A DNA stretch of 64,000 nt, taken from assembly GCA_963783305.1 (NCBI GenBank), contig CAWAMW010000007.1, forward strand, positions 192,001 through 256,000, given 5' to 3'. Both the position numbers and the translations under genes were made by a program. Of this stretch, positions 10,152 to 19,234 are shown in pieces. Positions within the stretch are counted from its first letter, which is position 1. Every line of letters starts with the position of its first letter. The notes below the pieces were generated by a model. That model worked only from the letters and a program-made list of their open reading frames with translations, made no database searches and was not told the DNA's origin. This DNA is from an uncultured Gemmatimonadales bacterium (GTDB lineage: Bacteria; Gemmatimonadota; Gemmatimonadetes; Longimicrobiales; RSA9).

Positions 10152-10625
10152 TCAGGTGACCATCTGTGGGAGGGTTTTCAGCTCCACCACCTCCAGCACA
10201 CGCTCCCCCGCGGGCAACTGAACCACCACCACGTCCCCTTCCTTCGACCCCATCAGTCCCTTGGCCAGGGGCGAGGCCATGGAGATGTGGCCGGCGTCGA
10301 GATCCATGAAGTCGCCCGCCGTGATGGTGTACTCGTACTCCTCCTTCGAGCTCTTCTCGCGGACCTTCAGCCAGCTCCCGAACCCGGCGCGGTCGGCGGG
10401 GATGTTCGCGACATCGATGTTCGACAGCTCGCGGGCTCGACGCGTGAGGTGGTTGAGGCGCGCCTGGACGAACTGCTGGCGCTCCAGCGCGGACTTGTAG
10501 TCGGCGTTCTCGCGCAGGTCGCCCAACTCCACAGCGGCCTTGATCCGCTCGGGCAGCTCCACGTTCAGCTCATGCTGCAGCCGACCGACCTCTTCTTCCA
10601 GTTTCTCGATGATTTGGTCTAACAT
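10152..10625 (-). CDS. greA: Transcription elongation factor GreA/GreB family
   Basis: GDLRENADY motif, ISMASPLAKGLMG; start MLDQ at 10625. Confidence 0.9.
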   Translation of the reverse strand: MLDQIIEKLEEEVGRLQHELNVELPERIKAAVELGDLRENADYKSALERQQFVQARLNHLTRRARELSNIDVANIPADRAGFGSWLKVREKSSKEEYEYTITAGDFMDLDAGHISMASPLAKGLMGSKEGDVVVVQLPAGERVLEVVELKTLPQMVT

Positions 10626-10755
10626 GGCGCCAACATAGCCGCGAGACCGTCCAGACGGAACCCTCGATCTCCGGGAATGCTTATTGCACTCCGGTCGCCC
10701 CGAACGGGCCGTCCGGAAGCGGCCCGCGCCCATTACCACAAACAGGAGTCTGGAC

Positions 10756-11436
10756 GTGTTCTCGAACGGTCTTTCCGATTCGGCGCGCAAGCGCGTGGAG
10801 CTGGCAGTCGCGGTGTCGCAGGAGAAGCTCCTGTCAGATCACGTGGAACACGCCCTCGATCTGGTGGCCCTGGTCAATGACAACGTCACCTTCTCGGCCG
10901 CCCTCTCCATATATACGCGCCTCATGCGTCTGGACGAGGACGAGGCCCACAACGTGCGCACACGTGCGCTGGCCATACTCGGGAAGAAGGCGGACGAGGC
11001 TGGCACGCTACCGGACGCCGTTCGTGAGGAGGCGGACGAATCGTCGCCGAGCTCCGGCTCTTCTTCCGGGCGGTCGTGGTTCGGCGGCTTTACGCAGCGT
11101 CTGCGTGGCCGGGAGAACGAGGAGCTACGGCACCGCATCGAACTGATCGCGGCTCGCACGGAGGTTGCGCTAATCCACACGCATGTCGACAATGCACTCC
11201 ACTTCGTATCTTTCCTCCGCGAAGAGGAGGAGCTGGACGAGCAAAAGTCGGTGGAGCTGTACCTGGACGCGCTGGATGTCCGGGAGTCGATCGCCGAGGT
11301 GACGTATTACCTCGCGCTTGCCCGCATCGCCGACGAGGTCCTGCCGGAACACGGCTCGGGGCTGCCGGCCAAGCGTGAGCAGGCGAAAAGACCCGAACGC
11401 GAGGGTCCCGCAGGACGCGTCCAGGCCGTCGAGTAG
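10756..11436 (+). CDS. Hypothetical helical protein with an internal duplication
   Basis: AGGAG RBS before GTG 10756; two similar halves (HVEHAL / HVDNAL). Confidence 0.7.
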   Translation: MFSNGLSDSARKRVELAVAVSQEKLLSDHVEHALDLVALVNDNVTFSAALSIYTRLMRLDEDEAHNVRTRALAILGKKADEAGTLPDAVREEADESSPSSGSSSGRSWFGGFTQRLRGRENEELRHRIELIAARTEVALIHTHVDNALHFVSFLREEEELDEQKSVELYLDALDVRESIAEVTYYLALARIADEVLPEHGSGLPAKREQAKRPEREGPAGRVQAVE

Positions 11437-11485
11437 GAGCGCGGGCCGACGCTGATAACCGCCGGTGTCCGGTTTTGCATGACGG

Positions 11486-11502
11486 TTGGCACCGTCGTTG
11501 CA
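11486..11502 (+). promoter_or_regulatory. Putative sigma54 (-24/-12) promoter of the outer-membrane protein gene
   Basis: TTGGCAC-CGTCG-TTGCA; GG-N10-GC spacing exact. Confidence 0.65.
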
Positions 11503-11638
11503 AGGGACACCTGCGGACATGGATTCGAGAGATCCACGAAGAGTGGTTCGGATCCTGCACAGTCCCCGGTCGACGTCCGAATGGTCGTCGCGCCACGAGT
11601 AGTCGACTTACTACGGAATCCTAAGAAGGAGACCACAC

Positions 11639-12964
11639 ATGATGAAACGAATTCTGTTGGCCGCGATGGCGGTAACAGTGAGCGGCATGTTCGGGGCGAC
11701 CCCCGCGGACGCTCAGGACTATCCGAATTACCGATTCGATATCGGGATCAATGGCGGATATTCCGGCTACACGGCCATGCTGGATGACGAGCACCTCGGT
11801 GATAATACGGAAGACGTCCGGTTCGAGTCCGGTTGGATCACGGGCCTGCAGATGACCGGCTGGTTCACGCCGCGCATCGGCCTGCGTGCCAATGGCCTCT
11901 TCACGGAGCGCCCGCTCAACCAGGGCGCGTTCTTCGACATGGGCGAAGAGTTCAACGTCGTAGAGGACGTCAACATCTGGGAGGGAACGGGCGACCTTCT
12001 GTTCCGCCTCGGGGCGAACGAGGCCCGTGCGCGGCCGTACCTCGCGCTGGGTGTGGGCGCGGTACACATCAACCCGGCGGGTGGCTCGGATCTGGGCACC
12101 AGCGGGGGTGATGACCTGAACGGCTGGGTTTTCACGACGGATAACGGTTCCACGTTCGCGCTCACGACGGAAACGAAGCTGATGGGTCTGGTGGGACTCG
12201 GCACGGACATGCGGGTCGCACGGAACCTCGGTCTGCGACTCGAGGTGGGCGACAGGATCTGGGACGCGCCGACGCACGACTGGCCGCTCCCGACGAATGC
12301 GGATGAAGACGTGGGCAACGTAGTGCATCAGCCGTACGCACAGTTGGGCCTGCACATGCTGTTCGGTCTGGAAGCGCCGGAGCCCGTGGTCGTGGCGCCT
12401 GCGCCGCCGCCGCCAGCGCCAGCGCCTGAGCCGGAGCCGGAGCCGGTCGAGGAGCGGATCCGGGTCTGCGTGGTCGATCCGAGCGCTGCTACGGGTCTGA
12501 CGACGATGGACGCGATCTACCTGCCGGAGACGCAGGACACGATGGTCGTGATCAACGGCACGCGTCGTCCCTTCGCAACGGCCGTCCCGGCCAACGTGAT
12601 GGTGGCCAACGAGACGGACTGGTTCGTCCGCGGTGAGCCGGTGACGGTGAACATGGGCCGGAACGCGACGATCGAGTACACCACGTGGCAGTCGGCCCGG
12701 ATGATCGAGGCCAACCAGCTGGTCATGCTGGGGACCTCGCGCGGTCTGCCGATCTACGCCAGCGTCGATGACATTCGGGACTTCCGCACGGACTGGGAGG
12801 CTGCCCGCACGGCCGCTGGGAGCAACGACCTGGACGCGATCGTGGCGCAGAACGCCGCGCTGGCCGCAGAGCTCGAGGACACCGAGTTCCTGTACGTGCC
12901 GCTCCGCACGACGGGGTGCGTGTTCCAGACGGTTCGCGTGGTCGAGCAGGTCCGCAAGAAGTAG
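11639..12964 (+). CDS. Outer-membrane beta-barrel protein with Pro-rich hinge and unknown C-terminal domain
   Basis: AAGGAG RBS, Sec signal (ADA-Q), amphipathic beta-strands ending LGLHMLFG, PAPPPPAPAPEPEPEP linker. Confidence 0.8.
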   Translation: MMKRILLAAMAVTVSGMFGATPADAQDYPNYRFDIGINGGYSGYTAMLDDEHLGDNTEDVRFESGWITGLQMTGWFTPRIGLRANGLFTERPLNQGAFFDMGEEFNVVEDVNIWEGTGDLLFRLGANEARARPYLALGVGAVHINPAGGSDLGTSGGDDLNGWVFTTDNGSTFALTTETKLMGLVGLGTDMRVARNLGLRLEVGDRIWDAPTHDWPLPTNADEDVGNVVHQPYAQLGLHMLFGLEAPEPVVVAPAPPPPAPAPEPEPEPVEERIRVCVVDPSAATGLTTMDAIYLPETQDTMVVINGTRRPFATAVPANVMVANETDWFVRGEPVTVNMGRNATIEYTTWQSARMIEANQLVMLGTSRGLPIYASVDDIRDFRTDWEAARTAAGSNDLDAIVAQNAALAAELEDTEFLYVPLRTTGCVFQTVRVVEQVRKK

Positions 12965-12986
12965 GACCTGACCACCCGCTGAACGG

Positions 12987-13023
12987 GAGAGCGCCCGGCC
13001 TTCTGGCCGGGCGCTTTCTTTTT
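12987..13023 (+). terminator. Rho-independent terminator
   Basis: GAGAGCGCCCGGCC-TTCT-GGCCGGGCGCTTTC plus T-tract. Confidence 0.85.
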
Positions 13024-13087
13024 GCGCCCGTTTCCGGCCCGCGCTACATTGCACGCCCCGAAAATCCGCTCGATACCGGAGGGAAAT

Positions 13088-14014
13088 ATGAGCCCGAGCA
13101 CCACGCCTTCGCAGAAGACCGCCGCGCGTCCCGTCCTGGACGACCTGGACCTGCCGGCCGGAAAGCGGGTCCGACTCCACCGGATGCTCTATGAGCACGG
13201 TGTGGGGAACGGCACGCTGCTGATCCTGCCGATCGACCAGGGAATCGAGCACGGACCGATCGATTTCCTGCCGAACCCCGCGTCCGCCGACCCCGAGTAC
13301 CAGTGGCGGCTGGCCGTGGAGGGCGGTTACAACGCCATTGCCTGCCACTGGGGGATGGCCCGTCGCTACATGAAGAAGTACGCGGGCAAGGTTCCGCTCG
13401 TGCTCAAGATCAACGGCAAGACGACCATCCCGAATGACGATGACGCCCTCTCCTCGCCCACGGCGACGGTGGCGGACGCCGTCTCCCTCGGCGCGGACGC
13501 GGTGGGGTACACGCTCTACGTCGGATCGCCGAGCCAGGACGAAGACTTCCACCGCCTGATGGAGGTACGTGACGATTGCGAGCGGTGGGGGATGCCGCTG
13601 ATCGTATGGGCCTACCCGCGTGGCGCGGCCATCGAGAAGAAGGGCGGCCGCGATTCGCTGTACGCGGTGGACTACGCCAGCCGGCTCGCGCACGAGTTCG
13701 GGGCGGACATCATCAAGCTGAATGTCCCGAAGAAGGGCGAGAAGGACGGGGACATGCCGAAGAAGTACCAGGAGCTGGACTGGGACTATCAGGAGGGTGC
13801 GCGGCGCGTGATCCGGACCGCGGGGAACTCCATGGTGCTCTTCAGCGGCGGGAGCAAGGTGAGTGACGATGACCTGATGCAGAAGGCGAAGACGGTGATG
13901 GAGAACGGCGCGACGGGTCTGATCTTCGGGCGGAACATGTGGCAGCGGCCGTACGATGAGGCGCTGCAGATGACCGCACGCATCAAGGAGCTCCTGCAGC
14001 AGTTCCCGGCCTGA
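13088..14014 (+). CDS. fbaB: Class I (DhnA/FbaB-type) fructose-bisphosphate aldolase
   Basis: ILPIDQGIEHGP, WAYPRG, GADIIK (Schiff-base Lys), SGG, GLIFGRN; next to rpiA/rpe. Confidence 0.85.
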   Translation: MSPSTTPSQKTAARPVLDDLDLPAGKRVRLHRMLYEHGVGNGTLLILPIDQGIEHGPIDFLPNPASADPEYQWRLAVEGGYNAIACHWGMARRYMKKYAGKVPLVLKINGKTTIPNDDDALSSPTATVADAVSLGADAVGYTLYVGSPSQDEDFHRLMEVRDDCERWGMPLIVWAYPRGAAIEKKGGRDSLYAVDYASRLAHEFGADIIKLNVPKKGEKDGDMPKKYQELDWDYQEGARRVIRTAGNSMVLFSGGSKVSDDDLMQKAKTVMENGATGLIFGRNMWQRPYDEALQMTARIKELLQQFPA

Positions 14015-14019
14015 GCGCG

Positions 14020-14721
14020 GTGAGTCAGGATGAGTTGAAGCGAAAGGCCGCGGAGCGGGCGGTGGAGCTGGTGGAGCCCGGCATGAAGCTGGGGCTGGGC
14101 ACCGGCTCCACCGCCCGGCACGTACTCGAGGGACTGGCGCGTCGGCGCGAGAGTGGCGAGCTGGACGGGATCGTGGGCGTCCCCACGTCGTCGGATACGC
14201 GCGACTACGCGCGCCAGCTCGGCATTCCGCTGGCGACTCTGGACGAGGAGCCGCACCTCGACCTCACACTGGATGGCGCCGATGAAGTGGACCCGCGGCT
14301 GGACCTGATCAAGGGGCTGGGCGGTGCGCTCCTGTGGGAGAAGATTGTCGCCGCGGCGACGGACCGGCTCGTGATCGTGGTGGACGAGAGCAAGCAGGTG
14401 GAGCGGCTCGGGACCCGCTCACCTCTGCCCGTCGAGGTCATCCCGTTCGGCTGGCGCACGCTCCTGGACCCGCTTCGGGCCATGGCTGTGGAGCTCTCGC
14501 TGCGCGAGACGGCCGACGGGGAGCCGTTCGTCACGGATGGGGGGCACTACATCCTGGACTGCGAGTTTCCCGGCGGGATCGGCGACCCCGAGGGGGTGGA
14601 GGCGCGCCTGCGCTCTATGCCGGCGGTGGTGGAGAGCGGGCTCTTTCTCGGCATGGCCGAGACCGTGGTGATCGCGGGAGCGGCGGGAACGCGCGTGGTG
14701 CGACGCGGGGAGCGGTCATGA
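14020..14721 (+). CDS. rpiA: Ribose-5-phosphate isomerase A
   Basis: GLGTGST, DGADEVD, IKGLGGALLWEK. Confidence 0.96.
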   Translation: MSQDELKRKAAERAVELVEPGMKLGLGTGSTARHVLEGLARRRESGELDGIVGVPTSSDTRDYARQLGIPLATLDEEPHLDLTLDGADEVDPRLDLIKGLGGALLWEKIVAAATDRLVIVVDESKQVERLGTRSPLPVEVIPFGWRTLLDPLRAMAVELSLRETADGEPFVTDGGHYILDCEFPGGIGDPEGVEARLRSMPAVVESGLFLGMAETVVIAGAAGTRVVRRGERS

Positions 14722-15395
14722 GCGTAAAGATCGCCCCCTCGATCCTGTCGGCTGACTTCGCCCGGCTCGCCGAAGGGGTGACCGAGGCCGAGGCCGGGGG
14801 GGCCGACTGGATCCACGTCGACGTGATGGACGGCCATTTCGTGCCGAACATCACCATCGGGATTCCCGTGGTGGCGGCGCTGCGGAAGGTGACGCGACTG
14901 CCGCTGGATGTCCACCTCATGATCGAGAAGCCGGAGCGCTACATCGACGCGTTCGCCGACGCCGGCGCCGACTGGCTCACGGTGCACCAGGAGGCCACGG
15001 TGCACCTGCACCGAACCCTCCAGGCGATCCGGGCCCGCGACGTGAAAGCGGGCGTTTCGCTCAACCCGGCCACACCGGTCTCCATGATCGAGGAGGTGGC
15101 CTCCGATCTGGACATGGTCCTCGTCATGAGCGTGAATCCGGGCTTCGGGGGGCAGCGCTTCATCCCCGGCAGCACGTCCAAGGTGGCCCGGGTGCGGGCG
15201 ATCCTCGACCGCGCCGACAACGGCGCCGCCGAGATCCAGGTGGACGGCGGGATCGGGCCGGAAACCGTGCGGGGTGTGGTCGCGGCCGGCGCCACGGTGG
15301 TGGTGGCGGGGGCGGCGGTCTTCCGGGGTGCCGGGTCGGTGGCGGAGAACATCGCGTCGATCCGGAACGCGGCGGGCCTGGGAACGGGTCTCTGA
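14718..15395 (+). CDS. rpe: Ribulose-phosphate 3-epimerase
   Basis: IAPSILSADF, HVDVMDGHFVPN, MSVNPGFGGQ, VDGG; ATGA overlap with rpiA. Confidence 0.96.
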   Translation: MSVKIAPSILSADFARLAEGVTEAEAGGADWIHVDVMDGHFVPNITIGIPVVAALRKVTRLPLDVHLMIEKPERYIDAFADAGADWLTVHQEATVHLHRTLQAIRARDVKAGVSLNPATPVSMIEEVASDLDMVLVMSVNPGFGGQRFIPGSTSKVARVRAILDRADNGAAEIQVDGGIGPETVRGVVAAGATVVVAGAAVFRGAGSVAENIASIRNAAGLGTGL

Positions 15396-15429
15396 CAACG
15401 CGGTTCTTCGGGAATGTTCAAGGGGGGGC

Positions 15430-15512
15430 GCCGGGGTGGCGGAACGGTAGACGCAGTCGACTTAAAATCGACCGGCCGAAAGGCCATGTGGGTTCGAGAC
15501 CCACCCCCGGCA
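15430..15512 (+). tRNA. tRNA-Leu (TAA)
   Basis: Acceptor GCCGGGG/CCCCGGC, anticodon arm GTCGA-CTTAAAA-TCGAC, long variable arm GGCC-GAAA-GGCC, T-loop TTCGAGA; CCA not encoded. Confidence 0.96.
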
Positions 15513-15515
15513 TGT

Positions 15516-15550
15516 GAAAGGGGCGTCCACGTGGTGGACGCCCCTTTCTT
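15516..15550. terminator. Bidirectional-type terminator after tRNA-Leu
   Basis: GAAAGGGGCGTCCAC-GTG-GTGGACGCCCCTTTC. Confidence 0.8.
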
Positions 15551-15584
15551 CAGGGGAGAGCCAGGAGTGACCGGCGGGTGCCGG

Positions 15585-16526
15585 TCAGGGTCGGCCGGTC
15601 ACGTCGATGGTGCGGTGCTCCCGGACGACTTGCAGTCGCACGTCTTCGTCACTCCGGTATGAAGCGAGAATAGCGCGGACGTGGGCCGGGTCATGCGCGT
15701 CGCGTCCTCCGATGGCGAGGATTACGTCGCCCGCCTGAAGGTGGAGCGACGAGTCTTCGTCGACGGCCGTCACCAGCACACCGCGCTCCGTTCCGAAATA
15801 CTGGCCCAGGTCGGCATTCACCGCGGCCAGCTCCAACCCGTGCTGGTCGAATCCCGCCATCCGGAGCTGTCGGACGATCACCTCCTGGGGCGCACCGGGA
15901 GCGCGGGGTGCCCCCGGTGCCGCGGGCGAGTAGAAACGATGGGGCGGCCCCGGAGCGTCAGGAGCCATCCCCGGGGCGAAGAAGCGAAAGCGCGCCGTCT
16001 CCTCCGTAACGACCTGAACCGTCCGCTGCTCGCCGTCGCGGAGAAAGGTCACCTGTACGGTGTCGCCGGGCTCCACTTCCGCCATGACAGCGAGGACGTC
16101 CTCGGCGGCATCCTCTCCGAAGGCGGTCTCGTTCACGCTCACCACCACGTCCGCTGCCCGAAGACCGGCCCGGTGAGCCGGGCTGCCTTCCATGACATCC
16201 TCCAGGACCACTCCGCTCCTGCCATTCTCTTCCACGTTGGCGCCCAGCATCACGCCGAGCCGTGCGCGTCCTACGGCTGATACGGCACGCAGCTGCACTT
16301 GCTCGCGCATCTCCTCCATCCGCTCGCGCAGTCCCTCGGTTTGCACGCGGACCTCGTCGGCGTGGATCCGGAGCCCATCGGCGTGCTCGCGCAGACTTTC
16401 AATGCAGGTGCACTCCCGATCCTCGTCCACCGGCTCGCCGATCTGAGCGGCCGCGGGCGCCGCCGCCAGCAGCGCACCCGCCGTCCATGCCAGAACGCGC
16501 CGGACCCGTATAGTGCTCGTGCTCAT
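15585..16526 (-). CDS. Exported protein with coiled coil and two PDZ domains
   Basis: Signal peptide (AAA-Q), ARLGV...SPAHRAGLRAADVV and LQAGDVILAIGG PDZ patterns; GAGGAG RBS. Confidence 0.8.
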   Translation of the reverse strand: MSTSTIRVRRVLAWTAGALLAAAPAAAQIGEPVDEDRECTCIESLREHADGLRIHADEVRVQTEGLRERMEEMREQVQLRAVSAVGRARLGVMLGANVEENGRSGVVLEDVMEGSPAHRAGLRAADVVVSVNETAFGEDAAEDVLAVMAEVEPGDTVQVTFLRDGEQRTVQVVTEETARFRFFAPGMAPDAPGPPHRFYSPAAPGAPRAPGAPQEVIVRQLRMAGFDQHGLELAAVNADLGQYFGTERGVLVTAVDEDSSLHLQAGDVILAIGGRDAHDPAHVRAILASYRSDEDVRLQVVREHRTIDVTGRP

Positions 16527-16663
16527 TGCCTATCGCTCCTCGTTCGTCTCGTGCGGGGCGGCGACACCGTCCCTGTCTCCCCTTCCGATGCAGGTGGTGA
16601 CGTCCAACGTTGCACGGTGCTCCGGGTTGCCGGGTCCGCCGGACTCCCGGTAGCTTTGCCGCC

Positions 16664-17014
16664 GTGAGCACACTATTGAATCTCCTCGCGCTGGCGGGGG
16701 GCGTGGCCGCCGCCTGGCACCTCATCCGGGCGGCGTTGCAATGGGTGGGCGGTGGGGCATCGGGGATCTGGGCAGACGAAATGGCACGGACGCACGCGCG
16801 ACACGGGGACCTGACCTCTCTCGAGGAGCTGCAGCGGGAGAGGGAGAGGGCGACGAGGCGGACATGGCGAGCGGCCATGGAGGCCGTCGCATGGCTCGTC
16901 CTCCTGGCCGTACCCGCCTTCACGTCCTGGCCACGCGCCGTCTACGCCGCCTACTCGCTGCTCTGGGTGGGGCCGGCCGTGCGGCGGCTTCGGCGCGAGG
17001 GAGGTCTGGCGTGA
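16664..17014 (+). CDS. Hypothetical membrane protein
   Basis: Hydrophobic segments; stop overlaps rnz start (GTGA). Confidence 0.6.
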   Translation: MSTLLNLLALAGGVAAAWHLIRAALQWVGGGASGIWADEMARTHARHGDLTSLEELQRERERATRRTWRAAMEAVAWLVLLAVPAFTSWPRAVYAAYSLLWVGPAVRRLRREGGLA

Positions 17015-17937
17015 TCAAGGTCGTATTCCTGGGAACGGCCGCGAGCCGACCGACCGTTGGGCGGAACGTCAGCGCGCTGCTGATCCAGCGTCTCGGTGAG
17101 ACGCTGCTCTTCGACTGTGGCGAGGGGACCCAGCGCCAGATGATGCGGTACGGGACCGGGTTCTCGGTGAACGACATCTTCTTCACCCACATGCACGCGG
17201 ACCACATTCTCGGGCTGCCGGGCCTCCTCCGGACCATGGGTCTGCAGGACCGGGTGGAGCCGATGAACCTGTACTGTCCGCGCGGGGAGAAGCGGATCGT
17301 GAGCGAGGCGGTCCACCTCGGCGTGGACCGGGTGGGGTTCGAGGTGCGGATCCACGAGCTGAATCCGGCTGAGGCGGTGGAACGGGACGACTACGACATT
17401 GTCCCCTTCAGCACCCGTCACGGCCGACGCTCCCTCGGCTACGCGCTGATCGAACACGAGCGACTGGGTCGTTTCGATCCCGAGCGGGCGCGCGAGCTGG
17501 GCGTGCCGGAGGGGCCGCTCTTCGGCCGGCTCCACAAGGGGGAAACGGTGGAGGTGGAGGGGCGCTCGATCTCCCCCACCGAAGTCGTCGGTGCGCCGCG
17601 GCCCGGCCGGCGGCTCGTCTACACGGGCGACACGCGTCCGGTACCCGAGACGCTCGAGATCGCCCGACACGCCGACCTCCTCGTGCACGAGGCCACATTC
17701 GCTGACGAGGAGGCGGGTCGCGCCCGCGACACCGATCACTCCACCGCACGGGAGGCGGCGGAGCTGGCCCGTGAGGCGGAGGTGGAGCGGCTGGTCCTCA
17801 CCCACATCTCACCCCGCTACGGCCTCGACCCGTTCCTCCTCGAACGCGAGGCGCGCGACGCCTTTCCGTCCGTTGTCGTCGCGAAGGATGGCCTCGTCGT
17901 CGACGTGCCCCTGCGGGCCGACGAGGGTGAGGGGTGA
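17011..17937 (+). CDS. rnz: Ribonuclease Z
   Basis: FLGT, FDCGEGTQ, THMHADH, flexible arm GVPEGP, YTGDT, HEATF, HST, THIS. Confidence 0.95.
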   Translation: MIKVVFLGTAASRPTVGRNVSALLIQRLGETLLFDCGEGTQRQMMRYGTGFSVNDIFFTHMHADHILGLPGLLRTMGLQDRVEPMNLYCPRGEKRIVSEAVHLGVDRVGFEVRIHELNPAEAVERDDYDIVPFSTRHGRRSLGYALIEHERLGRFDPERARELGVPEGPLFGRLHKGETVEVEGRSISPTEVVGAPRPGRRLVYTGDTRPVPETLEIARHADLLVHEATFADEEAGRARDTDHSTAREAAELAREAEVERLVLTHISPRYGLDPFLLEREARDAFPSVVVAKDGLVVDVPLRADEGEG

Positions 17938-19234
17938 AGTGAGAGGAGCGGCCGCGATCGACGTGGAGGTCCCCGGCGACAAGTCCATCAGCCATCGCGC
18001 GCTCATCTTCTCGACGCTGGCGGAGGGCGAGAGCCGGCTCTCCGGACTTCTCGACGCGGCGGATACCCGTTCCACGATCACGGTGCTGCGTGCGCTCGGC
18101 GGCGATCTCCCCCCCGCTCCCGGGCCGGGCGCGGTTGCCGTCGTTGGCGGCGGGCTGGGTGGCATTCGTCAGCCCGGGGGAGCTCTCGACTGCGGCAACA
18201 GCGGGACCACCGCGCGGCTCCTCCTTGGCGTCCTGGCCGGGTGTCCGTTCCCGGCCGTTCTCACCGGCGACGCTTCGCTCCGCCGGAGGCCCATGCGTCG
18301 TGTCACCCGGCCGCTTGCCGCCTGGGGCGCCCGTTTCGAGGAGATGGGCGAGGAGGGACGGCTGCCGATCCGGGTACGGGGCCACCGCGCGGACACGGCC
18401 ATCGACCATCATAACGAGCGCTCCAGCGCCCAGGTGAAGACGGCCATGATTCTCGCCGGGCTGACGGGCGGCGCCGCGGTCACCGTCCGGGAACCGGGCC
18501 GCTCGCGCGACCACACGGAGCGGATGCTGCGTGCCATGGACGCGGATATCGAGACGCACGTCTCGAGCGATGAGATCGTCGTTCAGCTCGGGCGGACCGA
18601 CCGCCTGGCCCCCCTGAGTCTCGCCGTGCCCGGTGACTTCTCCTCGGCCGCCTTCTTCCTGGCGCTGGGCGCGCTCAGGGGAGCCGTCCGGGTCCGCCAC
18701 GTGGGGCTGAACCCCACCCGTACGGGGATGCTGGACGTGTTGCGACGTATGGGTGCGGATGTCGAGGTCGTGGAAGAGGTGGAGGAGGCGGGAGAGCCGG
18801 TGGGCCACGTCGTCGTGCGGCCGTCCCGGCTGGCGGCGACGATCATCGAGCCGGCCGAGGTCCCGACGCTCCTCGATGAAATCCCTGTTCTGGCGGTGCT
18901 GGCGGCCACTGCGGCGGGAGAGACAAGGTTCGAGGGCGTCGCCGAGTTGCGGGTGAAGGAGTCCGACCGGATCGCGGCACTGGTGGACAACCTGGCGGCA
19001 CTGGGAGTCGAGACCGACGATGGTCCGGATCATCTCGTGGTCGCCGGGGTCGATCGGCGACTTGGCGGTACCGTGGATTCCTTCGGTGATCACAGAATCG
19101 CCATGGCCTTCGGAGTGCTGGGCGCCATTCCGGGGAACGACATTGTCGTGCGGGGGCGGGACGCGGTGGACATCAGCTATCCAACGTTCTGGAAGGAGCT
19201 CGAACGCGTGAGTCAGGAGATGGAGGAGCAGTGA
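17927..19234 (+). CDS. aroA: 3-phosphoshikimate 1-carboxyvinyltransferase (start approximate)
   Basis: PGDKSISHR, DCGNSGT, RRPMRR, SSAQVK, ELRVKESDRI, DHRIAM. Confidence 0.95.
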   Translation: MRGEVRGAAAIDVEVPGDKSISHRALIFSTLAEGESRLSGLLDAADTRSTITVLRALGGDLPPAPGPGAVAVVGGGLGGIRQPGGALDCGNSGTTARLLLGVLAGCPFPAVLTGDASLRRRPMRRVTRPLAAWGARFEEMGEEGRLPIRVRGHRADTAIDHHNERSSAQVKTAMILAGLTGGAAVTVREPGRSRDHTERMLRAMDADIETHVSSDEIVVQLGRTDRLAPLSLAVPGDFSSAAFFLALGALRGAVRVRHVGLNPTRTGMLDVLRRMGADVEVVEEVEEAGEPVGHVVVRPSRLAATIIEPAEVPTLLDEIPVLAVLAATAAGETRFEGVAELRVKESDRIAALVDNLAALGVETDDGPDHLVVAGVDRRLGGTVDSFGDHRIAMAFGVLGAIPGNDIVVRGRDAVDISYPTFWKELERVSQEMEEQ

